Of a stretch of DNA of 64,000 bases, positions 62,486 through 64,000 are shown in pieces (position 1 is the first letter of the stretch; every line of letters starts with the position of its first letter). Origin of the DNA: Octopus sinensis. Taxonomy: Eukaryota. Both the position numbers and the translations under genes were made by a program. The stretch lies in assembly GCF_006345805.1 (NCBI RefSeq), contig NC_043011.1, positions 59,594,464 to 59,658,463 on the forward strand, read 5' to 3'. A model generated the notes under the pieces. It did not search any database and was not told where the DNA came from. It was given only the letters and a program-made list of their open reading frames with translations.

Positions 62486-64000
62486 ACGCAACCCAGTCAC
62501 ACACAGGTGAGAAAATACTAAAACTTGAGTTCGGTGGATCTCCCCCCACAACTACAATCGCATCTTCCTCCTCCTCGTACGACTAAAGTTCCACGTGTGT
62601 ATCCTGTGTGCTGGACGTGATGAAAGCCTCTCACAACCTCAGGCGTTCACTTTCAGAGTGATATTTAACTATCTATTTTGTGTCCAGCAATATCTTTTAA
62701 ACCCTGGTCCCATTCTCTCTTCCTCGGTCAACTCCTTACTGTTCCACTTCATGCTTTACGCTATTTCTGTCAAATACTCATTGTTCTTTCTCACAACTCT
62801 GTGTCTCATATCGTTTCAAGATGAAGTAATCCTCTTAGCTGATCTTCACTCGTCTTAGATTTTCTTTTGTTTTCTTTTGTGCCTTTTACCGTTTCTTTTC
62901 ACTTTCTAAGACACTTTTCCACAGCAGCAATTATTTAGCCACAATTTGTTGTTCTCCATCACCTATCGAAGACGAGCCTGTGCAACTGGGAATAAGCACT
63001 TGCCTTTCTTGTCGTCGGCTCCTGACTCTGAGGAGGAGGCAAGTATCCTCGAAACAATACGTTCTGACACCTACCTGTACTGTTGCTATATCTGCTGCTG
63101 TTGTTCTCTTTTCTTATTTTGCAACTCATTTAGGCAGAAAGCGATTGAGCTGTCCTTACCACCACACGTACAACAAACAATTTGTCTAACTGCCTTTCTT
63201 TCTGCACCTACAAAGAGGTGCAACTCCGGAAAAGGCTTATAGTCTTTGGGTATCATCGAGACATGCACGTTTATAGAGATTGCACTCGCTCATACATTAT
63301 TCTTGTAGCCTCTGCAATCAACACTTGCCCTTATCGTGTCATAACGTAACGATGAGTTAAATATCTATGACCCTGCTAATGTCTCTGGTTGTGATTTTGT
63401 ATTTTGCCGCCTCATAGACTGTCACCCTCGCTTTTGTAGACCGGATACACAGTTTTATATGCTTTACTCTTGTTAAGGTAAGCAACATTATTCCATACAC
63501 CGGACAGAGCTTCCCCTAACTGTCCTTTTGTGAACATATGAAAGCGTGTTCCATTCTGAGGAAAGACAAGGGTATATCACTTTCTTTCTTGGTTGTTCCT
63601 GAAAGCATTCCTGGGTCAAGAAAGCCTTGCCCTTCATAATACACCTCTACCATTTTATTCCTTCCTGTGTGAGCCAATTGATTTGTCCAAGAATTCGTTT
63701 TACCTTGCCATAATCGCAAAGACATTATTAAAATATTGGCTGGTGTGGCTCTGTCGTAAGAACGGTCCTAGGTTCATTCCAACTATGCGACACCTCTGGT
63801 AAGCGTCTTCTGCTATAGCCTCGGGCCGCCGACCACAACACCGTGAGTGAATTTGGTAGACGGAGACTGAAAGAAGCCTGTCATATAAATATAAATGTGC
63901 GTGTGTGTATGTGTGCGTATATGTCTGTGTCTGTAATTGTCCCCCACCACTGCTTGACAACCGTCTTTTGGTGTGTTAGACAGAATAAGTCCACGGCTTT

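Noticed and set aside
63024-63068. CTGAGGA-G-GAGG...CCTC-GAAAC-AATAC-GTT hammerhead-like motif
   Set aside because: Core and stem II are present but no stem I pairing forms; at best a decayed remnant.
1-64000. CRISPR array or prokaryote-style operon
   Set aside because: No regular repeat-spacer structure; the sequence is repeat-rich animal DNA with one recognisable gene.

Overview
AT-rich, microsatellite- and SINE-dense eukaryotic DNA. The tRNA-derived SINE repertoire points to an octopus (inference). The only protein-coding gene I can support is a class A aminergic GPCR with an intronless CDS (25746-27080, +), most like invertebrate type-1 tyramine (Oct-TyrR/TAR1) receptors, in a SINE-free island. 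The rest is interspersed repeat: about 25 copies of a Meta-domain-like SINE (some dimeric), two other tRNA-SINE groups with shuffled heads and tails, mariner fragments, hAT-like and other MITEs, and short LINE remnants. Almost all other ORFs in the track are microsatellite or SINE artefacts. The most notable signal is about a dozen type I hammerhead ribozyme motifs or remnants with Penelope-like architecture (short palindromic stem III, several with the U3-A8 core covariation, several inside inverted repeats). Two stand out: an apparently intact hammerhead at the tip of a ~137-nt rod (40703-40839), and a head-to-head inverted element that fuses a tRNA-like Pol III head to a hammerhead (10086-10634). 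All folds were done by eye and none is tested.
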